A DNA stretch of 63,908 nucleotides, the filler included, from Octopus bimaculoides (Eukaryota), in assembly GCF_001194135.2 (NCBI RefSeq). It is 8 parts of 8 records of this genome, joined end to end, with 100 filler letters (N's around TTAATTAATTAA, not from the genome) between each part and the next. Parts side by side here need not be neighbours in the genome. Positions count along the whole stretch, not along the records: positions 42,699 to 49,498 come from NC_068992.1; positions 49,599 to 57,256 come from NC_068989.1; positions 57,357 to 60,574 come from NC_068988.1; 5 more parts are not named here. One strand, 5' to 3'. The position numbers and the translations under genes were made by a program. This document shows positions 49,241 to 60,674 of this stretch, piece after piece. Under the pieces are notes generated by a model. It was given only the letters and a program-made list of their open reading frames with translations. It was not told the origin of the DNA and made no database searches. Position 1 is the first letter of the stretch; every line of letters starts with the position of its first letter.

Positions 49241-49313
49241 ATTTTAATTTTTCGTCTATTCATTCTCTCTCTGTTGCTACCTGTTGTTATGTCGTTGCAT
49301 TTATTGTTATATT

Positions 49314-49498
49314 GGGCGGCGAGCTGGCAGAAGGCGGTTAGCACGCCGGGCGAAATGCTTAGCGCTATTTCGTCTGTCATTACGTTCTGTGTTCAAATTC
49401 CGCCGAGGTCGACTTTGCCTTTCATCCTTTCGGGGACGATAAATAAAGTACCAGTTACGCACTGGGGTCGATGTAATCGACTTAATCCCTTTGTCTGT
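49314..49498 (+). mobile_element. SINE family A, low-divergence copy
   Basis: GGCGGCGAGCTGGCAGAA...GTTCAAATTCCGCCGAGGTCGAC...CTGGGGTCGATGTAATCGAC. Confidence 0.85.
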
Positions 49499-49598
49499 NN
49501 NNNNNNNNNNNNNNNNNNNNNNNNNNNNNNNNNNNNNNNNNNTTAATTAATTAANNNNNNNNNNNNNNNNNNNNNNNNNNNNNNNNNNNNNNNNNNNN
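49499..49598. other. Artificial scaffold joiner
   Basis: 44N-TTAATTAATTAA-44N. Confidence 0.95.
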
Positions 49599-49884
49599 TT
49601 ACTGCATCAGATGCAACCTATGCAACAAACTATACGTGGGTCAGACGGGCCGCCGGCTGGCCAACCGTTTCACCGAACACCTAAGGGACGTTCGGCTAGG
49701 TTCGGACTCCCCCGTCGCCCGTCACTTCCACTTGGCCAATCACTCCCTCTCTAACATCTCCGTTTTTGGCCTCGCCCTGCACCATCGGTCCACTCCCTCG
49801 CGACTCCACTTGGAACAGCGCTATATTTTTAACCTTAGATCATCTTTCCCCTTCGGACTCAACACAGCCCCCTCCTCCTTATGA
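49599..49884 (+). mobile_element. Penelope-like element, GIY-YIG endonuclease C-terminal part
   Basis: YCIRCNLCNKLYVGQTGRRLANRFTEHLRDVRLGSDSPVARHF...RLHLEQRYIFNLRSSFPFGLN. Confidence 0.9.
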
Positions 49885-51453
49885 CTCTCTCCTTTACGAC
49901 AATGCAACACTTTTCTTTATTTATTATTTTGTATTATTATTATTTTTTTTTTTTACCCCTCCCCCCTTATCCACTTTACATTATATCCATTATTCACTTT
50001 TTTATTACAATCACTACAATTTTCCACAATTTATTTCATCTCTTCCTACACACAAAAAATACACGCACCCATACACACACATGTATGCACACCTACCCCC
50101 AACACAACACACATGCATGCACTTACACGCTCCGATTCGCCCACACACTTATACAAACGCACATACACACGCACACTTGCGCATACACACACATGCTAAC
50201 AAGCACGCAAACTTACACACACACACACACACCCAAGCATAGACACCCTTGCACACATAACCCATATATACCCCCATTCACACATACCTCCCACACACCT
50301 GACAACCCATACATACCCCCATTCACACATACCTCTCACCAACACAACATACTCACACAGACATGCATACAATCACACACACATGGGCATAAACAACACA
50401 CGCATATACAGAAGCAAACGCACGTACACACATGTACACAGCAACGCACATATACACAACATACACATACACACAAACACACACGCACGCACAAAAACAT
50501 ACACATACNNNNNNNNNNNNNNNNNNNNNNNNNNNNNNNNNNNNNNNNNNNNNNNNNNNNNNNNNNNNNNNNNNNNNNNNNNNNNNNNNNNNNNNNNNNN
50601 NNNNNNNNNNNNNNNNNNNNNNNNNNNNNNNNNNNNNNNNNNNNNNNNNNNNNNNNNNNNNNNNNNNNNNNNNNNNNNNNNNNNNNNNNNNNNNNNNNNN
50701 NNNNNNNNNNNNNNNNNNNNNNNNNNNNNNNNNNNNNNNNNNNNNNNNNNNNNNNNNNNNNNNNNNNNNNNNNNNNNNNNNNNNNNNNNNNNNNNNNNNN
50801 NNNNNNNNNNNNNNNNNNNNNNNNNNNNNNNNNNNNNNNNNNNNNNNNNNNNNNNNNNNNNNNNNNNNNNNNNNNNNNNNNNNNNNNNNNNNNNNNNNNN
50901 NNNNNNNNNNNNNNNNNNNNNNNNNNNNNNNNNNNNNNNNNNNNNNNNNNNNNNNNNNNNNNNNGTGCCATTATATATATATATACTCCCTTGTGTTACT
51001 CCACCCTTGTCTGTCTGCTAGCCCATGGCTTTTTTTTTGTTTTATATGTATTAATATTATTTGTTTGTTGTTTTTGCTTGTCCCTATGGCCATATTCTGT
51101 TTATTTATTTCATTTTTTTGTCCCTCATCCATCCACTAAGTCTCGTCTGGAATTTCTTTTATCCATTTTCATATGTCCATACTCCTTGTTCATCCTTGTT
51201 TGTCCATATCGTTTTGTTTTGTTTTGGTCACACTCCTTGCAAGTTCTCTTGCTGGTTGCCTCCAGGGCAAAAGGAATATTATCAATAATGGCACAAAATT
51301 GTGCTTGACCCCCTGGCTGATAACTGATGAGGAGTTGGTGACCTTCTGTGTTTGTTCTCTGTTTGTCTATGCATTTAGTATATGTTTTTCAACTTGACCT
51401 TCTGTGTCTTTTTTCTGTTTGTTTGTTTATTTATTACTATATGTGTTTGATTT

Positions 51454-51492
<39 letters not shown>

Positions 51493-51976
51493 AACTGTTA
51501 TGTATGTTTCAGTATTCTGTAACATCACAGTATAAATGCACTCTGTAGGTCCAGCATGGTGGTTAGACAGTTCCATAGGAAATACAAGTATGAAACATGC
51601 AGCAATCAAATTTAAACACACATGGGCAACATGGACAAGAGAACGTGGGGAGATAGAGGAGGTGGGTTGGGAAACTGAATGACATTACCACAGAGTGGAC
51701 TGGTGTTTGTAAGGGTAAAAGTTAGTCACTTGGCAAGGAATGGGGACTTAAGTTACTTTTATTTGACCTTATGAGAGGGGAGGGTTGAGCAGAGAGAGGG
51801 CATGTTGACAAGATAATGAAGTGCAGTAAATTGCTAGAAACTAATGGTGCCACCACAATCTCTGCCAACACACCCCATTACTGACCCAGCTCACTCACAC
51901 ACAGGCATGCACATGCATACATCCACATATATACACATATATACGTATATATATATACACGTATATACGGACATGC

Positions 51977-52017
<41 letters not shown>

Positions 52018-52280
52018 CACACATACATACATATATATATATATTAGCAAAGTAGCTACTTATAAAATCTCAAGATGAGATAGAGTAGTAACTTGTACTA
52101 AACAGTAAAGTGAGTTTCCACATCAAAGTGGCAGGTGAATGTTACTCTGCTTGGGGTTAAACTAGTAGTNNNNNNNNNNNNNNNNNNNNNNNNNNNNNNN
52201 NNNNNNNNNNNNNNNNNNNNNNNNNNNNNNNNNNNNNNNNNNNNNNNNNNNNNNNNNNNNNNNNNNNNNNNNNNNNNNNN

Positions 52281-52668
52281 TTTAGAGAGACTTAGAAATA
52301 TTAATATCTCTATTTCTGAAAACCAGTGGATGTATTCCACTGAAATTAGATAAATAATCCTTCGTACAGACGGTCAGTAGCGACGCCTGCTGGGTTCGGC
52401 TGCTCTACATTGACAAGGGGCAATACCCCGAAACTAGTCTGTAGATGCCAAACCAGCAAGGGGAAGCTGCTGACCTCCACTGTTCGAAGGTTATAAAGGA
52501 CACAGGTTCGTGTGTCACATAGCTAGCTAGAGGCGATGGCCTCTTGGAGCTAATCAGTGGCAGCATTCGTCCTATTTTTTGGACTGCCATGTTGGCTTGG
52601 CGATAACTATTAATATCCAGTACCGCTGCCGTAGTCTCCTTTAGAGAGACTTAGAAATATTAATATCT
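52281..52668 (+). mobile_element. 359-nt structured unit with 29-nt terminal direct repeat containing a hammerhead (retrozyme-like or Penelope pseudo-LTR)
   Basis: TTTAGAGAGACTTAGAAATATTAATATCT at 52281-52309 and 52640-52668; GC-richer than the flanks; several hairpins; hammerhead at 52404-52445. Confidence 0.6.
52404..52445 (+). ncRNA. Minimal type I hammerhead ribozyme, U3:A8 core variant
   Basis: TCTACA-TTGACAA-GGGG(CAATA)CCCC-GAAA-CTAG-TC^TGTAGA. Perfect 6-bp helix I, 4-bp helix II and palindromic ACTAGT helix III; GUC cleavage site between 52439 and 52440. Confidence 0.8.
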
Positions 52669-53364
52669 ATCTGTCTATCTATATATATATATAGTAATAA
52701 TAACAACAATCCTTGAATGGAATTTGTAAACATTTAATGCATCGCTACATGCATTTCCACATCACAAATCCCTTGTGATCACAGTCCATATTCCTGGGAT
52801 GGTTACAGTGTATTCTGTAGTATCCGTGTGCATTAGGTTGATCATCTTCATGGATTCATTTCTTCAGGTGATATAACATTAATGGATGTTTAACAGAGAG
52901 ATGCTTATCCCTTTTGACCAGTGTGAAAGTTGATTGAGAATGGAATAGGAGCTTTATTTGCATATTCAAAACATTTTCCATAAACATATTTAAAAAATGT
53001 GTGTTTGTGTGAATTTTTAGGTTCTCTTAAATGCAATGTAGAACTTGAATGAAGTATAAAATTATGCATATATTAAGAAAATTAGTTTTGGATTGTCTTA
53101 TATTATATTCATGTTCTTTGTATTTCAATTTTTACTCTTACTTATATGTCTGTATGTACTTTTCCTTGTACTCTTCAAACTTTTTCAAATGCTACTTATG
53201 CTTACATGTTCTTGTGCTATTTTTAATTCATCCATATACTCCTACCTGTACCAAATTAAATCAAAAATGTTTTTATATTTCAAGCTTTAATTAATAGTTC
53301 AGACAAATTACATACAAAAAAAATGTTTATTCATACCATCATGTTCATAATGATTGTCTTTCAG

Positions 53365-53470
53365 CTTGGAAGTTTAAATATTAAATGTCTTCACACGCCT
53401 TGTCATACCACCGGCCATATCTGTTATTTTGTAACTAGCAATGATGAACACCAACCTGCTGTGTTTACTG
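53365..53470 (+). CDS. HAGH: Hydroxyacylglutathione hydrolase (glyoxalase II) internal coding exon: [35 protein letters not shown](G)
   Basis: Acceptor gattgtctttcag, donor G/gttagt; 106 nt, phase 0 to 1; TPCHTxGHICY metal-ligand motif of glyoxalase II. Confidence 0.92.
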
Positions 53471-54496
53471 GTTAGTAAGATTCTAACTTTACAATGCACT
53501 ATTTGTAGATTTTTTTATGTGTGTGTGAGAGAGAGAGAAAGAGAGGGAGAGGGAGAGAGAGAACATGAATGTTATCATCTGTTTAGAACAAATGTGAACT
53601 AAGAGATCCAATCCCATAACCATGCTTCTCTCTTATTGATGGATGCATGGGGATTTTACATTACTGATATTAGATTTTAGGTATAGAGCATAGAAAATGT
53701 TGTAAAACAGAGCTTAACTCTACACAATTCAGTTTACTTCAGAAAATTATATCCTTGGATTGGTGTTGAATGGCAGCAGGTTATACCCTAACACTACTCT
53801 GTGTCTTTAGCCTTGGTACATTTTGTGTCAAGGTGCTTAGATTGAGTCCATCTATCTCTGAGTAGGTTCCATAAACAATATAATTTACTGCTGTAAACAG
53901 TGTTCACACTGTAGAATTGAAAAGGAGTTTGTGTCTTAATTTTTTTCCTGTGGGAAGAATTTAATCCCTTGCTTGCATTTCCATTGCATACTAAACAACT
54001 AAAGTTGAACTCTAACATTATAGATTCTTGTGATTTGAAAAGGATTACTTTTTGGTGTCAAACATACTATTTTTGAATTACTGTTCAACTCCTATGAAGA
54101 AGAAAAAAACAATAGTAGAAATAAAGCAAGTAATGTCCTATAACTTAGGTCACTGGGGTAGCACTGAAAGTTATCAATATATATAGGCTTTCTTTTGTCT
54201 TTTCCTTGCCTGTAAGATGTTTGAGTCCAGTACTGTAAATTAATGAAACATCAGTTATACAGTATTACTGCTGCTTACAGCTAAATAGACTGGGTCCTGT
54301 GGTAATTTAGCAGCTTCTACAATACAGTGAAGAGAATTCTTCTCATTAAAGACTTAGTTTGTTACTTGATTCTATAGAAAGATGTAAGTTCTATTTTATT
54401 GTTGGTGTTTTTTAATATGCCCTTATTTGAGCTTTAAAAAAATACTTAAAAAGTCTTTAAGGGACACTTTTTAGAGCTAAACATTTTTTTTTTCAG

Positions 54497-54600
54497 GGGA
54501 TACTTTGTTTATTGGAGGTTGTGGCAGATTTTTTGAAGGAACACCAAATCAAATGTATAATGCTTTGGTGAACATTCTTGCAGCTCTACCAAAAAATACG
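54497..54600 (+). CDS. HAGH: Glyoxalase II, next coding exon: (G)[34 protein letters not shown]
   Basis: Acceptor ttttttttttcag, donor ACG/gtgtgt; 104 nt, joins in frame with the previous exon to give [20 protein letters not shown], the glyoxalase II signature. Confidence 0.93.
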
Positions 54601-55434
54601 GTGTGTAAATTGATTCTTACTAAATTTTCAGTTGCATTTCCTGTGATATGACAAAGCAAGCCAAATTAGATGATTTTTAAAAATTTATACATGTCACCAA
54701 CACAAAATAATTTGTATTTGCTTGTATGTTAAAGTTTAGAAAGCTGTTAATGTATACTGCTCTAATTCTATCCAGTATATATTCTGCTGAGTCAATTCAT
54801 TTGAAAATGAATATAGTTCTACCTCTTAGAAAATAATAGTATTTAGAAAAATGTTAGTGCTTATATAACTAGCCATAATTAACATGATAAAATATTTTAA
54901 CCCTTTTATTACTAACCCACTTGTAGATGCCTGAAAAATAGTTTGGTTGATATTACCAAAACAACTGTAACTGTCTGAAATGACCCTATTCATACTTTAA
55001 CGTGAATTTCAGTGCAAATCTTGTTAGCAAATTGTGAAGATGTGATTTCACTACATAAATAACTGAGTTACATTGTCTGACATTATGTTAGAAACTATAC
55101 AGCAAAACATAAAAACTACATGTGATTATGAATCAGATATTTGTATTTTCAAAAGTGAAACAATTCTCACAACAGTTCTGATAGTGATAAAAAAAAAAAA
55201 AGAGTGAATTTATATAGTAAGAATTTAAAAGCTGTTTTTTGTAGTTATTTTTAGGAAGATATTACACCTAGGAACAGTCTTTCCAAGGAAACAGAACTGT
55301 TTTATTTCATTTTTTACATTTTCCTTTCTTACTTTTTCCTTTTTTACTGTGGAAATGAGTCATTATTCAGAACATAAACAAAGATAGTTTGAAGTTTTTC
55401 AAAGAAAGTTAGAAATCAGAGCATTTTTAGTAAT

Positions 55435-55490
<56 letters not shown>

Positions 55491-55525
55491 CATATATATN
55501 NNNNNNNNNNNNNNNNNNNNNNNNN

Positions 55526-55641
<116 letters not shown>

Positions 55642-57058
55642 AAAGGCTACAGTCAGTTTGGGTGTGAAGTTGGGGTATTTCCGGAGAAGCACTCAACCCG
55701 AATACTGAGCTATCAGCACTGTTGAGATCCAAGCCAAAGCCGGAATACTTTTGATGTAGAAAATCCAAATTTCATGACAATTATACTATCATATAGTTTG
55801 GCGTAGAGTATTTACTACGCCAAATGAGTAGAGTATTTACTTTCTAATGGAAAGAAGAAAATTCTTTAACACATCTTTAATTATAAGTTACAAATGTTTC
55901 CACACCATCTCCATTTGCAACGCCAGTTTATGTGAAAATTCTAAAAGAAAAATCATGTAATATTTGCGGTTTTAGACATTGGAAAGGTATTTCCTCAGAC
56001 TTGCATTAAAAGTGTGCTATTACATTGTGTGTCCTTCAGACCTTGTTGTTAGGAAAATATCTGAAGGAAATAAAAAAGAAGAAATTAGAAGAAGGATGAG
56101 TATGTGGGAAGATATTATGTGGGGACAGGGATCAAGAGGATGGATATGTATAATGATAGGTGGAGAAAGGGAAGGATGAAAACAAATAGAAGATGAAAGT
56201 GAAGTAGGAGGAGAAGAGGAAGAAGGAGGAGGAGGACAAGAAGAAGGAAGAGGAAGAGGGAGAAGTAGATTCAGTGGGCAGTGCTGCATATAGCAAAATG
56301 GTTCATCTAGTTGTATGCTGGCGGTGTGTCAACCAGTACAGGCAGAACCATTGTTACCAAAATTAGTCTGCTGGAAGACAATATATTTGACTACACTGCA
56401 GCATTAGTCTGTGATAACTGAAAGTGAAAAAGATCTATTAAATAGATAACTAGACAATTGTCCAGAGTCAAATGATGAGGATGCTAACAATGTATGTGGG
56501 GAGACTTAATTTATGACCCTAGTGTGTTTTGGCACTGGGAAAGAGATACAAGTAGGAACAGAAAAAGATAAAGAGATGGAAGAGGAGGGGCAGCTGAAGG
56601 GGAACAGTCAATTCCTAAAAGCTGGAGCAGAAAATAATTAGAGTTTTGTTTAATTTAATTAAATAGTGGTCAGGAGAATTTTAAACTGTATATATTTTTA
56701 AACTATATATGCTATACATGTATGGCCAAAATAAAAATAGAAAATAAAAAATTAGAAATGATAAAAATAAAATGAGATGTATGGGTAGAGTGATATTCAG
56801 TTATTGGTGCATGGGTATATATATATACATATATACACATACACAAGAATATATACACACAGATACACACACACACACATGTATACATACTCATGAAGAC
56901 CCAGACGTACACACACATACTCACATACACATACAAACAGACCCACACACGTGTGTGTATACATGCATACATATATATAAATTCATACATGTACACACAC
57001 ACAAAGACACCTACATGATTGTCTAGGTATATCAGTACCTCCATACACACACGTACCT

Positions 57059-57256
57059 CAGGTTATGAAAGTTACAGAGAGGGTCATAGCCCAATTAATT
57101 AGGGAGCGAATCAATTTAGATGAGATGCAATTTGGGTTTGTGCCAGGTAAAAGCACTACTGATGCCTTATTTCTAGTGAGACAGCTGCAGGAGAAATACC
57201 TAGCTAAGGATAAACCTCTGTACCTGGCTTTCGTCGACATGGAGAAAGCCTTTGAC
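57059..57256 (+). mobile_element. RTE-clade LINE RT fragment
   Basis: QVMKVTERVIAQLIRERINLDEMQFGFVPGKSTTDALFLVRQLQEKYLAKDKPLYLAFVDMEKAFD; cut by the joiner. Confidence 0.85.
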
Positions 57257-57356
57257 NNNNNNNNNNNNNNNNNNNNNNNNNNNNNNNNNNNNNNNNNNNN
57301 TTAATTAATTAANNNNNNNNNNNNNNNNNNNNNNNNNNNNNNNNNNNNNNNNNNNN
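57257..57356. other. Artificial scaffold joiner
   Basis: 44N-TTAATTAATTAA-44N. Confidence 0.95.
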
Positions 57357-57425
57357 TATTTATTTTGAATGTTAGAATTAATATTAAAAAATAAAGTAAT
57401 TAAATAAACCAAGGTTTATATTTAT

Positions 57426-57697
57426 TTAAGAAAAATATGAAAATAGAGATAAATCATTGAATAATTATTTATTAATTACAAAAATAGACATAAGCTCTTT
57501 ATTGGGATAGTGTAAATATTTAGTTTTTATATTTATGTGTTATTATTTTTATTTTTATTACTATTTGGTTTATAATATTTTATTTTATCTTTAAAACCAG
57601 CATTATGTAGAGTAATTTTGTATTGGTTCATATGCTTATTAAATATATCCTTATTAGAAGATAGATAAGATATTGTTTTACTAATGTTGTGAATAAG
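57426..57697 (-). repeat. Inverted copy of 58071-58351 (long inverted repeat arm)
   Basis: The reverse complement of 58071-58351 aligns over about 270 nt (e.g. AACCAGCATTATGTAGAGTAAT, CTTTTACTAATGTTGTGAATAAG). Confidence 0.9.
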
Positions 57698-58351
57698 TGC
57701 CTTTTAGTAATATCAATATTATTATGGGTGCACTAGACTCGACTCAATTAACCAATTTAGTAGGAATTTACCTTCTATCTCATCTGCATGAAGAATTTCC
57801 AGAAATTGGGAATGGATTGTATAGAGATGATTGGCTTTTTATTGTAAAACATTTTTCTAATAGATGTCTTGAATTAATTAAAAAGCAGTTATATAAGTTC
57901 TTTAAAAGATTTGGCCTCTCCATTACTACTGAGAGAGAAAACAACTCTATTAACTTCTTGGATGCTAACTGTAATTTATCAACTGGTTTTCATGAACCTT
58001 TCAAAAAGTCTTACTCTAACTTAAAATATATACACTTCCAAAGTAATTACCCAGGATCAATTAAAAGGTACTTATTCACAACATTAGTAAAAGAATAGCT
58101 TATATATCTTCTAATAAGGGCATATTTAATAAACATATGAACCAATATAGTATTACTCTACATAATGCTGGTTATAAAGATAAAATAAAATACTATACAC
58201 CAAATAGTAATAATAATAAAAATAATAACACAAATATAATTTAAGTATAAAAACTAAGTATTTACACTATCCCAATAAAGAGACTATGTTTATTTTGTAA
58301 TCAATAAATAATTACTAATTGATTTATCTCTATTTTCTTATTTTTCTTAAA
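57698..58351 (+). mobile_element. Penelope-like element RT core and thumb/linker, YRDD type (Naiad/Nematis-like)
   Basis: MGALDSTQLTNLVGIYLL...GLYRDDWL...GLSIT...INFLD...YIHFQSNYPGSI, then SSNKGIFN...LHNAGYKDKIKY. Confidence 0.8.
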
Positions 58352-59883
58352 NNNNNNNNNNNNNNNNNNNNNNNNNNNNNNNNNNNNNNNNNNNNNNNNN
58401 NNNNNNNNNNNNNNNNNNNNNNNNNNNNNNNNNNNNNNNNNNNNNNNNNNNNNNNNNNNNNNNNNNNNNNNNNNNNNNNNNNNNNNNNNNNNNNNNNNNN
58501 NNNNNNNNNNNNNNNNNNNNNNNNNNNNNNNNNNNNNNNNNNNNNNNNNNNNNNNNNNNNNNNNNNNNNNNNNNNNNNNNNNNNNNNNNNNNNNNNNNNN
58601 NNNNNNNNNNNNNNNNNNNNNNNNNNNNNNNNNNNNNNNNNNNNNNNNNNNNNNNNNNNNNNNNNNNNNNNNNNNNNNNNNNNTGGGTGCATGTATTGAG
58701 TCAACTTGACAAAACATCTGAGATAAAGAATATAATGCTCAACTTGTGAACAAGTTGTTTACAAGTGGGGAAGCTGTTTGTGCTATGTTGTTTCTTTGAT
58801 AAACATAACAATTGTGTCATTGTGTGCATGAAGAAGACTATGCTACATGCACTTCACTAATTTCACGTTTTCAAGGCTTATGTGCAATAAAGGAGTACAT
58901 ACAAGACACGAAGATTTTGAGGATTACGTAAGGATGGCACATAGATTTGTAAAACTGGGAGAAGAAATAAAGAGCAGTATCATCTGCATAGGAGTGTGTG
59001 TATGTGTGTGTGTGTGAGAGCATGTATGCACATGCATGTATGTGTGTGTGTGTGTGTGTGATTCAAAGTGGCATACATGTTGATAGACAGACATATGTAC
59101 ACACATAGTCTCCCTCTCTCTTTCACAGATATAAACACGACAAAAAGACACTATAATATATAACTGAATGCTAAATATATAACTAAATGCTTAACGAAGT
59201 TAACTGGATATACATGTGTGTGTGTGTGTCTGCATTCATGTGTGTGTGTGTCTCCACACGTGTGTGTGTGAATGAAAGTAATAGAAAAAATAGTTATGCC
59301 ATACATAGGTTTCCAAAGTGTATGAAATCCATGTCATGAGTTACTTAATCAATTCCACATTGATGAAAAGGTATACATCATCATTATGAAATTCTTTTAA
59401 CAATTCATAAAATGAATTTTGAGCACTAAAAGCATGTGTAGTATATAACTGCTTTTTCCATTTCTTTCATTCAGATATCTAATTATTGCTTACTGAGTCA
59501 ACCTAGCTAAAACCAAAGTCCTAATAAGTAGGAAGGTAGACAAAACACAATCCCCCTCAAGTAGATGGCCATGCTTGTTCTGTAGGAAAGGTGTAGGTAG
59601 AAACTCTATAAGATGTACTCAGTGCAAGCTATGGACACATAAGAGGTGCAGCAATATCAAAGGAAGGTTAACTAGAAAGTTAGTTTTTGTATGTGGCAGA
59701 TGTAATAACAAGTTGTTTTCTGCACATTTTTAGTGTTTAATGCACCTGAACATCTGCCACACGCGAAAACCCATTGTATCGTCCTGTTTATGTCTTTAAT
59801 GTTTTTACATGTCTTTTAATGTTATTTTATGTGAGCCAGCCAATAAAAGAATAAATTATTATTATTACTATTATTACTATTAT

Positions 59884-60085
59884 TAAGGTGGCAACCTGGC
59901 TGAATCATTAGCACACCAGGCAAAATGCTCATCACTATGCTCCAAGTTCAAATTCCGCCAAGGTCAACTTTGCCTTTCATCCTTTCAGGGTCAATAAATT
60001 AAGTACCAATGAAACACTGGGGTCGATGTAATTGACTTATCCCCTCCCCAAAAATTTCAGGCCTTGTGCCTTTAGTAGACAGGAT
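59884..60085 (+). mobile_element. SINE family A
   Basis: Family A head and tail, flanked by (TAT)n. Confidence 0.8.
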
Positions 60086-60097
60086 TATTATTATTTC

Positions 60098-60130
<33 letters not shown>

Positions 60131-60147
60131 CAATATCATTATTATTC

Positions 60148-60358
60148 AGACAGAGAGCTGGAATCGTTAGCACGCCAGGCAAAATGCGTAATGGTATTTC
60201 GCCCGTTGTTACTTTCTGAGTTCAAATTCCGCCATGGTTGACTTTGCCTTTCATCCTCTAAGGGTTGATAAATTAAGTACTAGCGAGACACTTGGATTGA
60301 TGTAATCAACTTGCCCTCTCCCACCAAATTTCAGGCCTTGTACCTACCTATAGAAGAA
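60148..60358 (+). mobile_element. SINE family A, tandem with the previous copy
   Basis: Family A head and tail. Confidence 0.8.
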
Positions 60359-60535
60359 AGTGGTAGTAGTAGTAGTAGTAGTAGTATATCTCTCTCTCCT
60401 CACTACCCATTCAGTTACATAAGCTGAGAAACTCACACTGCTATTTCCTGTCTACTTCACAATAACTCAACACTGCAACACTTCTGTTTTCTCTGACATA
60501 CATACATTTATAAACACATACACAGATATATATAG

Positions 60536-60574
<39 letters not shown>

Positions 60575-60674
60575 NNNNNNNNNNNNNNNNNNNNNNNNNN
60601 NNNNNNNNNNNNNNNNNNTTAATTAATTAANNNNNNNNNNNNNNNNNNNNNNNNNNNNNNNNNNNNNNNNNNNN
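60575..60674. other. Artificial scaffold joiner
   Basis: 44N-TTAATTAATTAA-44N. Confidence 0.95.
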
